DNA of 62,794 bases, filler included, from Nemertoderma westbladi (Eukaryota; Animalia; Xenacoelomorpha), in assembly GCA_032718475.1 (NCBI GenBank). It is 3 parts of 3 records of this genome, joined end to end, with 100 filler letters (N's around TTAATTAATTAA, not from the genome) between each part and the next. Parts side by side here need not be neighbours in the genome. Positions count along the whole stretch, not along the records: positions 1 to 29,084 come from JAUCBJ010002465.1; 2 more parts are not named here. One strand, written 5' to 3'. Under the pieces are notes generated by a model that ran no database searches, was not told the DNA's origin, and worked only from the letters and a program-made list of their open reading frames with translations. Shown piece after piece: positions 12,780-26,510 of this stretch. Made by a program: the position numbers and the translations under genes. Numbering within the stretch: position 1 is the first letter of the stretch; the number at the start of each line of letters is the position of its first letter.

Positions 12780-14130
12780 ATGGTTAGAAACGGTGTCTAG
12801 ATCAGTCTGTAAAAGTTTGGTGTAGGTTTAGTCTAGCCAAAAGAACTAAGGTAACAATAGTATTACTATTGTATAATATTGTAGTATGTTTGGATGTATG
12901 GTCATTATTGCAGTTGTTTAGGATTGATCGGTAATAAGAGCTGTGAAACTTTTCTTTGAAGGTTAGGGGGATGTTTCCAGCTTTAGTTCTGACCTTTGCT
13001 CCTTTTAACACCTTCTTCACACAGTATTGTGAGGTAGCAATGCTAGTGAGTGTTGGGAGACCTTCTTGCCACGATAAGAGGTTGTAATCATCCATCAGAT
13101 TATCATGATAGGTTTTTGCGACATGATGTGTTAGAAGGTTACTGTTTCCTCGAGAATATTGTGCAAATTTGCGCATTCCTCTATGTATTTTGCTCTTGAT
13201 CTTTCATCTTTGTTGTCGCATGGCATGTACCTATAACAGTTATATCCTGGCTAAAGATGCCTTTTATTGTTATCCCAACTACCCTGTCTGATAATGTCTT
13301 CAGCACAGAGGAGTAAGGTGATATTGCTGACTTGAGGAATATTGCTACTCCACCCTCCCCTCGCACTCTTGCCTTAATGGCCAACATACCGTCCGATACT
13401 GTGTAATCTGCCTTTCATCATTTTGTTTCCTGTGGAAATGGTGTTTTGATTCACCAGCACTAAGCCAGTGTTCTTGAATGATTAATATATCTGGAGATGT
13501 CTTTCTTAGGAGGGTTTCGATATGATGTTTACTTCTTACATAGCCAGTGCAGTTATATGTGAGGACAATCAGGGGTGATTCGGCTTTTTTAGGTGTAATA
13601 GTTGGGGTTTCATTGGTTTGTTGTTCAGGTTTTTGGTTAAGATGATCCAATCTGCTATTTACTGGCAGAGAACCTACATCTGGTGGTAATGATTGTGTTT
13701 GGTATTTAAAAACGACTGTGTAGATCGCCATGGTTATAGTGGGCTGCAATGTTGCGGGTTGACTTCCTGTTGCGATCGTGGGCCTGATTATTGTCTATAT
13801 TCTGGTGTGTAGATGTTGCGTTATAGGGCATGTTTAGATGTATGTCTTGCGTTTCATTTCCATGGTTATAGCAGTAGTCTTTATTGTTATCCCGTTGATG
13901 TCTGTTAAAGCCATTGTTGTCCCGATTATTAAGTTGGTTGTGTCTGAAAATGGGGTTGTCTTTCTCTCTTGGGATGTATGAAAGGGTAAACCGGGCAGAT
14001 TGTTTACTGTAGTTGAAGTTAGGGTGAGTATTTTGTGAGTTGGGTAGTACTTCATATACTACTTTGGGGGGAGTGTAATCAGTGGACCTATAGCGTTTTC
14101 CAGTGTTGTTAGGTTCGAGTTCTCTCTAAT
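12780..14130 (-). mobile_element. LINE remnant (APE endonuclease N-terminus plus flanking fragments)
   Basis: VLTYNCTG...PDILIIQEHWL and RGEGGVAIFLK motifs, frameshifted. Confidence 0.7.
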
Positions 14131-14159
14131 ATTAATAGGAATTGTGCAGGTGTGTCAGC

Positions 14160-14450
14160 CTGAAGGGCTCCCCCATAAGACTTCAAATGGATCTGTGTCA
14201 CCATCAACCGCAGATACAAAAATGTCGTTGAACCATCGTATACTGATCTATCTGATGCGATTTAATATAATTCTATTGTATAGCTTTGCAGCAATCAAGA
14301 TCAACGAGATTCATTGAAAAGATCCATAGAGTAGTGAGGTTGCCCTTCTTGGGAACTGGCCCCAACTTATTTGCTTTCATTTCTCACGGAACTCTCGTCG
14401 TTTTGTACTACTGTACGTACATGTCTACCATGATGGGGTAAATGAGCTGA
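14160..14450 (-). mobile_element. Fragment of the RTE family at 5876-8439
   Basis: Reverse complement matches about 6970-7140 and 7385-7465, with an internal deletion. Confidence 0.8.
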
Positions 14451-14839
14451 GCTCCAAACACTAATTTGGGAGATTCTGTGTTTTAACAATTTTGATGTCT
14501 GTATAGAAATTAAAAAACCTTTATCCTACTATTAACTTTCGAAAAGATAATTTTCACTGCTCATCTCCAGATACTGTAAGCAGTTATCCGAAGCGGCGCC
14601 TAAATATTTAACAATGATTAGCCAGCAATGCGCTACGATTTATACTGTATGTACACTGTACAGGGGTTAAACGAGAAATCCCTGTGTGGAGCACTCTTTC
14701 CCCTATCTTCTAGCCCTGCCCTGCTGTTCGCGCTTTCAGACCTTTGGCAGTTTAACCCGCCAAATTAGAATGTCTTCTAGATAATAAATCTGCTTTTAGT
14801 CTATGACAAGTATTTGATTCACTACACTAGTCGAAACCA

Positions 14840-15700
14840 ATCCGTGCGCGACCATTCACCCGCTGGATATTCCCGGGAGATTGGGTTCGACGGTTTAATT
14901 TTTATTGCTATGTAAGCCTAATGTATTATTCGACTGACAGTATTATATAATCTCTGACAATATTATTCACCTTCGGTAATATTAACAGTTCCTTTAGGAC
15001 GTGGCGCTTTATCTATATAAACAGAGTTATGACTTAAACTACTCAAAACGATATGGCTTAATTATAATTCACATATATGGCGCATTCTTTAGGAATTGCT
15101 TCTTTAACAGACTCACTCATACACTATGCTGCACAATACTGCACACTAATCTGCCAATCTTCACTGATTTTAGTCACATATAAAAGGAACACAGGCTGAC
15201 TCATGTAGGGTCTATCGAATAACATTAGATTCACTTCAAACCACTTTAACATAAGTCACAATCGTTATTGGTAACCTTTCTCTCTTACCTTAGGTATATC
15301 AAGAATATTGGGTTGCGGGGTTATTTATCGTTGTTCCAAATATAATTATTCATCAACCATATTATGAAGAACTGACAGCAAATAGCAGTATAAAACAACA
15401 AGTCAGTACCGGTATGTCAGCAATGAGACATAGGCATGCAGGTCCGCAGTCCGTTAAAGGATATATGCCCTTTATAATTAAACCTACTAGTGTACGACTA
15501 AAAAGCAGTACAGCACAAAAAACTTCCAAGCCGTTCTTTCTTTGGCTCAAGACTGAATGTAAACACTGCACATAGGCATTGCGTCATTTCTCGGAAATTT
15601 TCTGTACAAGGAGCCACAAAAACGCTCTCATTGGCTGACTGAACTGAGAGACGCCGTAGAACAAAGGAAATCAACACGTATGAATGTCAGCTGTTAACCG
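14840..15700. repeat. Dispersed repeat, copy 1 (copy 2 at about 52130-53050)
   Basis: Shared blocks CCATTCACCCGCTGGATA, AATATTAACAGTTCCTTTAGGACGTGGCGCT, GGCGCATTCTTTAGGAA and TGACTCATGTAGGG in the same order. Confidence 0.8.
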
Positions 15701-15944
15701 TAGTCATAGTAACTACTGTTCAAGAGTAGCTATCACCCTTTTGCGTCACGAATTGCCATAGAATCATAAAAATATGCCTTTCACAGTACACATACGGAGG
15801 AAATAGGTCTTAGATCCTCTAAAAACACCGATACAGCAATAATACGGTCTCTTACACTTATTAAATCAACTACAGAGTATTTTAAGGTAAAAGATAATAA
15901 AAATAACGGGGCAATTCAGCAAAGGCTTTTACACCTGCCTATCC

Positions 15945-18664
15945 TATGGTGGCTCTGAAGGGCCATGATTATAATTTGTCTTCATTATTGAAAAGTCGTG
16001 CGCACGAGATTTAAGAGCTGAAAAGTCGCGTGCATGAGATTTAAGAGCTGAAAAGTCGTGAGCACGAGATTTAAGAGATGAAAAGTAATGCGCATGACAT
16101 TTCAGTTTTAAACTGAAATCTCGTTCTCACGACGTTTCAGCTCTTAATTCTCGTGCACACAACTTTTCAGCTCTACAGTAATATACTGTTATCACATTAT
16201 ATTTTCTTTCATTCATTTCGTTCCGGCTTACGCCCCGGTGGCTATAATTAGTTAAACACAGAATAATAAAATGGTTTTGCACTGAATAACAAACAAACAC
16301 AAACACATCTAAGTAAAAATACCATAGAGGCACAGAGCAACACTAAGTAAAAATACCATAGAGGCACAGAGCAAACCTAAGTAAAAATACCATAGAGGCA
16401 CAGACCAACACATATATCGGAATGAATATAAATGAACATTGCTGGTCTACAAACATCATAACGAAATAAATTAACCATAATTCATTTATTAACCATTGCC
16501 GAGTTCAATTAAATGGCTAACACCCCGGTGGCTATATTAACTTTGGTTTATATAGTCCATAATTACTTCTTGCTTGGACACGAAATCAGTAGAAGTAGTA
16601 ACCCTCATATTTAATACACAAGTTTATAAACCAGGCTTTTATAAGATCCACGTCTGAGATGTCGTGCTGTTCACTGCACCTCTTTTGTTTTAGAAGAGAT
16701 TTAATTCCGTATTTATTGACACTCAGTGAAGGTAGTGATGGAAGATCTAGCAACCACGAATTGATTTTATATTGCGAAAATATATCTGTTTTGGTGCCCC
16801 CCCCCCCCCCCCCACCCTATTTTTTGTAAAACAAGCCAATAACTATATAGGGCAGTCAACCTATTGTTGCCTGTATTAAATACATTGTTAACAAGTCTGC
16901 AGTTGTGAAATCTGATTAAGGTCTCTAATTTGGGTTGGTTCAAAATACTGCAAAATGTCGCAGAGTCCAAGTAATTTCCAAGTCGGAGTGTTCTTCGTAA
17001 GCCTTTGCGACATGATCGTGCTACTTCAAGAAGGCGTGTTTCACCTAGTAGTAAGGCAGACCCATACAGAGCCGAGGGTAAGCAGATAGATGCCCATAGT
17101 TTTGAGACAATGGAAAGGGGGACCCTATCAACACATAGGCCTCTCGATTCTAAATTGCTCACTTGATTCCATAGTTTACTCTTGAAGTGTCTTGCTATAC
17201 CTTTATGGTTAAATGGAACTGGCATTCCTAGGAATATGAAGGATTACTCAGATTTAATTGTACGACCGTGTAGCTCCACATATCCCCCAAGTACATCTCA
17301 TTTTCATCTATCACTATGTGGTGTGATTTATTTGGACTAGGACTAGGATTTTTTCAATGTCTGTCTTCGTATTTCCAATAAAAATGATATCGTCTGCATA
17401 ACTAATCGCGCCACAAGGTAAATGTTTTATGTGTATTCCTAATCCACTGTTCTCTATCTCATGGAATAGATCAGCCATATATAGATTAAATAATATGGCC
17501 GATAGGATACCACCCTGACGTACGCCCTGCAAAAGATAAAATTGATTCTTGTGGGTTGCTTTTCCGGATTGATAATAGGAGTGAATGGCTGAAACCAAGT
17601 TATCTTGTACGCCAGTTGACCGCAGTTTCCAAAATAGTTGATTATAGGAGACCCTATCAAATGCTGCCTTTAGATCAATTGATAAAATATGTATCCTTGA
17701 TCCCCTTCTACTGAAATGGGAAGCTAGGTTGTTCACTAGATGGCTGGCAATTTCCGTATTAATGTTATGTTTGTATCCCAGTTGTAAATCAGCAAGTTTA
17801 GGGTTAATGTGGGTGTGCCAACTTCAGCTAACACAAGATATTCCCATAACTTAGCTATGGTGTTTATAATTGAAACTGGGCGATAGTTATCTTTGTCTTG
17901 TTTACTTTTCCATTCATTTTTGACTAGAGGTATAATTATAATTGATCCAAACGCCGTTGGTACCTTGCCTGTTGCCCGTACTGTATTGAAGATAAAGGCT
18001 AATTTGTCACACAGTTCGTCCGATATAGCATGATACAGATGTTCTGCCTGCTTTAAGAATGCCTACTTCTTGTGCGCACGACTTTTCAGCTCTTAAATTT
18101 CGTGCGCACGACTTCTCAACTCTTAAATCGCGTGCGCACACGACTTTTCAGCTCTTAAATTTCGTGCGCACGACTTTCCAACTCTTAAATCTCGTGTGCA
18201 CGACTTTTCAGCTCTTTAGTCACGTGCTCACGACTTTTCAGCTCTTAAATCTCGTGCGCACGACTTTTCAGCTCGTAAATCTTGTGCGCCAGACTTTTCA
18301 GCTCTTAAATCTCGTGCGCACGTCTTTTCAGCTTTTAAATCTCGTGTGCGCGACTTTTCAGCTCTTAAATCTCGTGTGCATAACTTTTCAGCTTTTAAAT
18401 CTTGTGCGCACGAGATTTCTGTTTTAAACTCAAATCTCGTGAGCACGAGATTTAAGATCTGAAATGTCGTGTGCGCGAGATTTGAGTTTAAAACTGAAAT
18501 GAAAACTTTTCAGCTCTTAAATCTCCTGCGCACGACTTTTCAGCTCTTAAATCTACTGCGCACGAGTTGTCAGCTCATAAATCTCGTGCTCACGACTTTT
18601 CAGCTCTTAAATTAGTTATGAAGAAAAAAATATAATCATGCGATGGCTCTTCAGAGCCACCATA
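15945..18664. mobile_element. IS3EU-like non-autonomous DNA transposon with ~30-bp subterminal arrays
   Basis: TIR TATGGTGGCTCTGAAG(G/A)GCCAT; 6-bp TSD CTATCC at 15939-15944 and 18665-18670; arrays of CACGACTTTTCAGCTCTTAAATCTCGTGCG in both orientations. Confidence 0.75.
16195..18050 (-). mobile_element. Degenerate RTE-X-like LINE nested inside the IS3EU-like element
   Basis: DLKAAFDRV, QGVRQGGILS, ISYADD and FIFLG motifs; C-terminal ALYGS; 3' UTR with short tandem repeats. Confidence 0.85.
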
Positions 18665-21268
18665 CTATCCACATAACATTCACTAATAATCAAAACTGAA
18701 AACCGAAACTCCAATGTAAACTGAAAACTGAAACTCTGGGCTACCTTATAAACTGCACTACCGTTATCAGGAAAGTCAGTAAGATGTTGCTAAGATTCAT
18801 TACAAAAAGAACAGTACCGGTAGGCGGGTATATCTTTTGTGTAGAGGTATAGCCTACATATATAGAGGCTACATGAAGGTAGGTGTAGCCTACATGTAGA
18901 TGCACGTGTAGGGTGAATGTAGGTAGGTGTAGTCCCATAGATATTAATGTAATTTATGTGTCAACTTGCAGTAACGTGATACACGGTCGTCAATCAGGAT
19001 GTATGGCAATAATCTCTGATCTCCACGGTACAATACGGTACATCAACCTGCAGACCTGTCTGCTGTCAGACAACAGGTTTTACTGCATACTGCAGTGCCG
19101 TATAAATATCAAACATCGCGTTCTGATTATACTAAAGTCCCTTACTCGTCATAAATATTAGGCCCTAATAAATTTGAATATGCTAACGCCACGAAAGGCA
19201 TCGTTCCATTAGATTAACTCGTTCTGATTTATATGTTTATTGAGTAAGAGTAACCTAAACAAACAGCCATCATCGCGGGGACTATAGTCTACCAGAAACC
19301 CTGACCCCCCCTCTGCCCCTCTTTATCTGTTTATCAACCATACATCCATGGGACTTGAACAGTACTTCAGCATTGAAATGTGTTGGACGTTTTGTTTTGA
19401 AAGTAAAAATATAGAAGTCTGGAAGTTTTGTTTGTTTTAATTTTTCAGGCAGTCACATTCCACCAACCAGCAACAGTCCCATCCCTTCCCACTATCCCGC
19501 AGACCACCACACTGTTTCATTATAAAGTATTCCCATCTCGATGATGGGAATTAATCAGTATTAGCAGAAGAGCATTGTTTGTGATTACCGGTACCCTAAA
19601 TCATGTTTGGCAGTTGTTCAAAATGGCAAATTCATTATAATCATAATTATACAGTAGGCATAGGCCTACTGGTGACTGGTATTCAGGCCTAATGTAATGT
19701 TCGAATTAGGCCAACTATGTAAGCCTCTGTACTGTAATATTTCCTTTCTTCTAAAAAAAATTGTCTAGGGTATCTGGCATATTTTATAAATTACGATATA
19801 CTGTATTTTCCCCCTAAATATCCTTCTTAATTGTACTGTACTGTATTGTACTGTATTGATAATTGTACTTCGCACTCATCCATCCTTATTTAACCTACGC
19901 TATATCAATTTGAGGAAGCTGTAACGCTACATTAATGAAAAAGGTCAGAGTTAAAATAAATAAAGTTCTTTAGGGCGACAACTTTTAGCCATTCCCGTAG
20001 TTCTTCTGTACTTATACTGTATATAAGCGACTTAATATACCGGTACTTCCTGTCGAAGAAATCTACAAACTTGAAATATGTAAACTTATGTACGATGTTT
20101 TACAAATACAGTATTTATCAGAAGTTCGAATCTTTTTAGCGTATTTTAAAAAAGTAAGCTCAATCCACTCACACAACGCTCTAATGGCGGGTGTTTCTTT
20201 ATTCCATCAATGATAAGGGTCCCGTTTTATGGAATACGTTGCCCCAAAACATTAGAGAAGTCAATAATAATATCATATTCTCAAAGTATCTGAAAAAGTC
20301 AAAGTACCTCCTGGGGGCTCTATAAATTAAGTACAATAGTTCCGGGGTCACGGGGTAGCAGGCGCGGGGTTACGCTTTCCATCCATTTTTGGTTCTTTTT
20401 TATTTTCTGTAAATGTGTAATATTCATTACCGAACACGCTGTCCCACCCCTCTTTATTTTATCATATTTTCCGGAAATATAAATTGCAGAGCTACTTTGA
20501 CCTACCCGGGCGCGGAGTCACGTAGTGCTAGCATTAGGTAATAATTAAGTAATATAAAGCCCTCTCTATAGCGCAGCTTTCAATAATTTCAATACCCAAA
20601 ACAATAAACGGTCTCATTAAGGAAAGGAATGGAGCAGGTTAGGCTGGGTTTTCTAACTAAAACAATAAACGACTTTCTCGTTTTCAATATCAGAGGGATT
20701 TATTAGAGGGACCAGAGGCAGTTTATAGCCATTTTGGGGAAAGGACCATAGGTTACAGAGCCAGTCTTATTCAGCCAATACAATAAATGATCTTGTTAAC
20801 AATACATCGAAAAGAGCAGCTTACAGTACTGAGGCGTGCTTTTCTAACCAAAACAATGAAAGATATCTTAATCTATTGAATGATATGAGAATTGCTAATT
20901 ATCTTAATATATATATATATATAATACTGTAGGCCTATATATGTTAAGATATATCTTAATATATTATTTGCCAATTATCATTTATGACTGTACATATCAC
21001 ATATCACAGTATCAATACGTATCACAGTGCTACTGTATGATTACTGTGCTAGGTACAGTGTATAAGTCTTTATAAGTCTAGTGCCGTGAACCTGAAATTG
21101 CAAATATAAACAAACAAGACAATTTATTCCCTACAGTAATTCTGTTGATTGATTATTGTACAGTAATTGAACTTATAGGCCTATTACTTGGCCTAAGCCT
21201 AATATTTTAGAACTTCTATCTGCTATTCTGTACACCTGTCTCAAAAAATATAAATATTATTTTCCGAT

Positions 21269-23032
21269 ATGACAACGAAGAGCGAAGCTCACCAACGTCC
21301 TGAGACAAAAGCTGTCCAGCTATACAAAGAAGAGAAGTACAGTGAATCGATAATATACTTCACTAAGTACCTGGAATCCAATCCTAATGATAAAGAGAAA
21401 AGAGTTGCGTATTACAACCGGGGCATGGCATACCATCATCTTGGTGAACACAGCAAAGCCCTGGTTGACAGCGAAAAATGTATCGAATTGGATCGCTTCT
21501 GGGCGAAGGGCTATAAGTGCAAGGGATTGGCATTGGAGGGATTGCAAAAACCTAGGGATGCCATGGAGACAGTTCTTGATGGCCAAAAGTTGTGCTTTTA
21601 TGTGGACCACAATTCCCGCACTGTTCTTGGTCCACTGATCAGACGATTGAATAAACAAACAGGATTTTTGAAGGGAGACTTAGATGAATTGGAGAGAATG
21701 GAGAATGAGAAATATTGTGTGATCTGCAAGTTGTTTGAAAATGACTTAAGAGGAAAGTTATTGTTGACTTGTAAGACTTGTAAAATGGTCAACTATTGTG
21801 GGAAGGAACATCAGAAGGATGACGTCTCGGGTCATGCTGAAGTGTGCAGACAATTGTTGCAAATGCGAAAGAAATCTGAGCAGATACATAGCGTACATTT
21901 GGTTTGGCAAGATTCAGAGAAAGATGGAATACTGTTTGTGATTGCTTTGGAGGTCAAAGGAGCAAAGGGTCAGCAGTTTGTTAACCTTATGCGGTTCGGT
22001 ATAGGTGTGATGGAAAAGAGAACAATCAAACTTTGGAATGATTTGAAAAGGAATGTGTTGCCACTTCATGGGTGTGGTGGTAATTTCTGCCCGGTAAGTA
22101 AGCCGACAATTGATCAGCTGAAAGACTGGAGTGACTGGTTTTGTCTCCCAAAATACAAGACTATCTTTCAACAAATTTACATGAACGAAAAATTTTTGAG
22201 AATGATGATGTTACCAGAACATGTTGGCAATGTTTGTCAAGACGCAAAGGAAATAATGACAGAAGCTCTAACCGACCCAATGTCTGCCTTCTATGTGATG
22301 AAGAAAATCAAACTTATAGAATCCTTACAAGGCAGCATATTACGACTTCATATAGTAGGTGCCGAGCCTACCAAAGAGTTACTAAAAGCCATGACAACTT
22401 CTTTGTTGCTCAGTTCTCTTATTGAACCATTGGTCCTTCGCATAGTGTTCATTGGGCCACTTCTAACAAGCTCCCCAGATGTAGTAGAGGATGGGGAGCT
22501 TGTATGTGCCTCATATGGGGGAACATACCAGGAGTATCTATTGTCTGGAGAATACAAAAAGCCAGACTGCATAATTGGCTTCTTTCCTGGTCTATATGAT
22601 CCAACCTACACGTGGACTCCAGTTGTGGCCCATGCAGTTTCTAAGTGCATTCCATTCATGATTACGTGCTGTTATCTGGATGACTACAATGAAACGAAGA
22701 ATTGGTTGATGGGAGGCTGTATGATGGAGCCTAATATACCAGTCGATTGCCAGAACCCCTTTGCGTCATGGTTTTTGAATCAGAATCCTCTGGGTTCTAA
22801 TGCAATTAAACAACGAAATATGTTCGTTATGTGCCTTTTAGGGGGCAATTTGGGAGAACTAGACCGATTTATTGATGCTCAAATTAATAACCACGATGCC
22901 CAAGATCATGCCGTCGACTGTGAAGTATCAATTAATAAAGCGACTATATTAGCAGCAATGATGAATAATCTAGTACTGTCTCCTAAATCTTTAAAGGATT
23001 TGATCCAACTTAAGAAACGTGGATTACTGTAA
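21269..23032 (+). CDS. TPR + MYND zinc finger + MSS51/ZMYND15-like C-terminal domain protein (587 aa, single coding exon)
   Basis: TPRs (AYYNRGMAY, WAKGYKCKGLAL); MYND CVIC..CKTC..YCGKEHQ..H..VC; LHIVGAE, IVFIGP, PDCIIGFFPG and NPFAS motifs typical of the MSS51 C-terminal domain. Confidence 0.88.
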   Translation: MTTKSEAHQRPETKAVQLYKEEKYSESIIYFTKYLESNPNDKEKRVAYYNRGMAYHHLGEHSKALVDSEKCIELDRFWAKGYKCKGLALEGLQKPRDAMETVLDGQKLCFYVDHNSRTVLGPLIRRLNKQTGFLKGDLDELERMENEKYCVICKLFENDLRGKLLLTCKTCKMVNYCGKEHQKDDVSGHAEVCRQLLQMRKKSEQIHSVHLVWQDSEKDGILFVIALEVKGAKGQQFVNLMRFGIGVMEKRTIKLWNDLKRNVLPLHGCGGNFCPVSKPTIDQLKDWSDWFCLPKYKTIFQQIYMNEKFLRMMMLPEHVGNVCQDAKEIMTEALTDPMSAFYVMKKIKLIESLQGSILRLHIVGAEPTKELLKAMTTSLLLSSLIEPLVLRIVFIGPLLTSSPDVVEDGELVCASYGGTYQEYLLSGEYKKPDCIIGFFPGLYDPTYTWTPVVAHAVSKCIPFMITCCYLDDYNETKNWLMGGCMMEPNIPVDCQNPFASWFLNQNPLGSNAIKQRNMFVMCLLGGNLGELDRFIDAQINNHDAQDHAVDCEVSINKATILAAMMNNLVLSPKSLKDLIQLKKRGLL

Positions 23033-24117
23033 ACCCTAAAATATCTTCGATAGTCCTACATTAACTATCTTACAGCAGTTACAGCCTTCCCTATATATAT
23101 AGATTGATGAACATAATTATATTAATGAGTATAATTACATATATATTATGCTTTGTAATTATTATTATTATGTGTATGCACTTACATTATTTTTTGATGC
23201 GTTAATGAAATAGGCCTAGGCCTTCACCAGCATAATAATAATAATTTTCTTCTTCGTGTGCTTTACATTCTCTATTATGCCAAACTCGATTGCTTATGTA
23301 ACATCATCCAGCTTACAGAATTGATTGTTTGTGATATAATTGTAGGCTATACGCTAGGTAATGTAACCTGCTACCACCTTATTGTCATTAAATCTATTTT
23401 CACGTCCTCATTTCAATATTTCATTGCAATTTCATTAAGCTGCACTTATATATCTTTATTATTATTGTCATTTTTAGTTTAGACAATACTGTATATTACT
23501 GTAGTACCGATACATAGTAATCGATAATATATATTGGTATTACGTCGTATTTTCTTTAATTTTACTAAATGTCACGTGATATAAAGATCCTGTAACACTG
23601 ATCCGTTGACACTAAAGACTAAATTTATGAATATTATTGTTGGTTAGATTGTAGTACTGTAGTTGAAGCTTTTCTATGCTATACTGTATGTTGGGTGGTT
23701 GATTTGCGCCAATTTATAGTGTTTTTTAGGCCTATTGCTTTATTGTATATTAATGTTTTACTGTACCGATATTGTATTGCACTGTATACCAGTGGTGTTG
23801 CGTACGATAAACAATAGCGACAATGCTTTAATCGTTTAATGTTGTTGTTGGAATTTAATGTGGGAATAACTTAGTTTGATATTAATAACGTACAAATATT
23901 GGCAAGTTGCCTTCCCATATAGGTCCTACTGTATGTAAAGTATATAAAGAAGCTTAAAGGTTGGTTTTGACTAATGCTATATTATATATGGATCTGCTTA
24001 CAACAATGACATAGCAAATTTTCTAGTACATTTGCAAAGTTTCAGGGGGGGGGGGTCACTCTTTGTTTGACCATTTTCGATTTAAGTGGCGCATGCTTAT
24101 CAATCAATTTCGGTATT

Positions 24118-24570
24118 GTTGAGTTACATAACTAAGATTTCTTTACAATTGATAGGTCATCGAAACTTGACTGGATAACGGCGATGTTGATAAACTGTAT
24201 TAGCAGGGTGTCTCGGAATATCAATACAGCAATGCACAACTGCGTGCAACAACTAACTGTAAACTGTTCATAGAACTGAAGGCTTGCTTGAATTTTAAAA
24301 TTTCAATTTAATTTAAAATTTTCTATTTAAATTTCAATCAATTTCGTTATTCTTGACCTAAGTTACATAATGTTGAGTTATATAATTCGGATTTCTTTAC
24401 AATTGATAGGTCATCGAAACTTTACTGGCATAACGGAGGCATAACAAAATTTATTATGTTGATAAATCAACTTTGAAACCAGCAATAGATATTGTTCTAA
24501 TGTCGCGATACTGCACTTTGGTTATATTATCAGGGTGTCTCGGAAGATCAATATAGCAAATCACAACTGC
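24118..24570. repeat. Diverged direct duplication (~250-bp period)
   Basis: GATTTCTTTACAATTGATAGGTCATCGAAACTT occurs at about 24137 and about 24390. Confidence 0.7.
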
Positions 24571-25487
24571 GCGTGGTCGGATATGAAGTATAAGGGTTCA
24601 GTTAACCACAATATTTAACTCGTGACAGTTTCTTGTCAACATAAGTCCCAACGTGTTACCTGACTCATGGGTCGGCCAGTGAACATGCTGTTGTAAGCTT
24701 ATTATTATACTTTCATTAGATCAATTTTTGTTAGTTTGATCATTGACGTGGATTTTAAATTCACCCACTATTAGTAAACGTTCTTGGCGGGTTACGTAGC
24801 TTTCAATAAATGTGGGGAAATCATCTAACAACATGAACTTGTAATAGAGTGGACGGGACTGTAAGAGGGGCGGTAGTTTATTATTAATAAGAGGGGTTTG
24901 TTGTTGTTGGAAATTCCGAACTGAAAATTCAAATCAATGAGTTTCACCACCGTCAAGTAGCGCCTACTGTACTGTAGTTAAATGTTATATTTACTTCTAT
25001 AGATAATACCAGTTCCGCCAGCATGGTTACCTACCCGAGGGTAATCGATTATTTCGTTAGCCTCGTGTGAACATCTATTTCACAACCTCGTCATTAGTCC
25101 GAGGCCAAGTTTCTTTTAACACACAGATATCGACATTATATCTAGTCATATATTCAGGATTCATTAAGCATAACAAGTTAGACCGACCATTATTATTATA
25201 TTGGGTGCGTGTAGCTTACCGGGTGATGCAACAACAATACCTTTGGGTACATTGGTCACCCAACAAGGTACACAGCAAATATCGCCCGCGAAAAAGCTTC
25301 GCCCGGAGCAATCCTCGCCCAATAAACAATTATTGTTTTGGTTAGAAAAAGCAGCTCTTTTCCTTCAATTAGTAACTAAAATAGTTACTAACACAAATCT
25401 TATTGGGCGTAGGTTGCTCGTGGGCGAAGATGGCCTAGCGGGCGAAGGTTGTACGCTGGCGAAGGAAGGTTGCACCCAACCCGCAAC

Positions 25488-25651
25488 ACCAATACCATTG
25501 GGTATATTACCGGGTGACGCAACAACAATACCATTGGGTATATTACCGGGAGACGCAACAACAATACCATTGGGTACATTACCGGGTGACGCAACAACAA
25601 TACCATTGGGTACATTACCGGGTGACGCAACAACAATACCATTGGGTACAT
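25488..25651. repeat. 36-bp minisatellite (~4.5 copies, plus one isolated unit near 25217)
   Basis: Unit CCATTGGGTA(T/C)ATTACCGGGTGACGCAACAACAATA. Confidence 0.9.
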
Positions 25652-26510
25652 AACATTAGGTAATATGAAGAGGTAATATATAGGTAATATGTATACTAAT
25701 TAAATACTTATGTATTGAGGGCAGTGTTAACGGATTGACTGCTGATTGAATTTTGTTTATTGTTTTGGTTAGTATAGACCGCCACTGCAATCTTATCCTT
25801 TCCCTTAATGTTTTCAATCGAATTAAATTAATATTTGAAACCCATTAAACACAGTTGGTGTTTACGGGTATTTTATGTCATACTGTAGTACTGTAGTTAT
25901 GATAGAGATGCATAGCCTGTCTTACTTAAAATTATTAGCATTTTAAAAAAACAATACAATGCGTCACTCGAGTACGGATACCTTAATTAATCGTTACCTC
26001 TTATCCAATTGTTTCACTATGCCAAATCCTCACCAACAGCAACACATTGAGTTAATATAATTTTATGTGTAGTATGATGAACTACAGACATCACAGAAAC
26101 CAGTGTTTAGTATGATTAGGCGACTATGTTCGTTAGTTTGTTGCTAGCCAAAATAAAATGCCAATATTGATAGCCTTTACCATCAATATATTAATTGTGG
26201 GCAGTAAATCCTACAGTCACAGTTATTTATATTGCCAGTTTTCAGACGCATTACACTTTCTGTACTTACCCTACTGTATAACTCGTCGTGTTTGCCCTGC
26301 AAGTACACACACATTAAGTAACGATGTTTTGTTTCCGGATATAAGTGATTGTATTATATTACAAACCAGCCAGTATCTTAAATCCAATTCACTGTACCTA
26401 CAGTATTCCTTATTATTATTAATATTGTCAAATCAAATTACACCAGTATCCTCCAATTTGTAAGTGTTTATATAACTTATGTAGGTTGTAAACCAACGTT
26501 GAATAAGTAA

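Noticed and set aside
18059-18446. Repetitive ORFs (TTFQLLNLVR / AQDLKAEK)
   Set aside because: By-products of a 30-bp transposon array that also has frame-breaking units.
25201-25653. 150-aa ORF with IPLGILPGDATT repeats
   Set aside because: Non-ATG start, driven by a 36-bp minisatellite, with no supporting gene structure.
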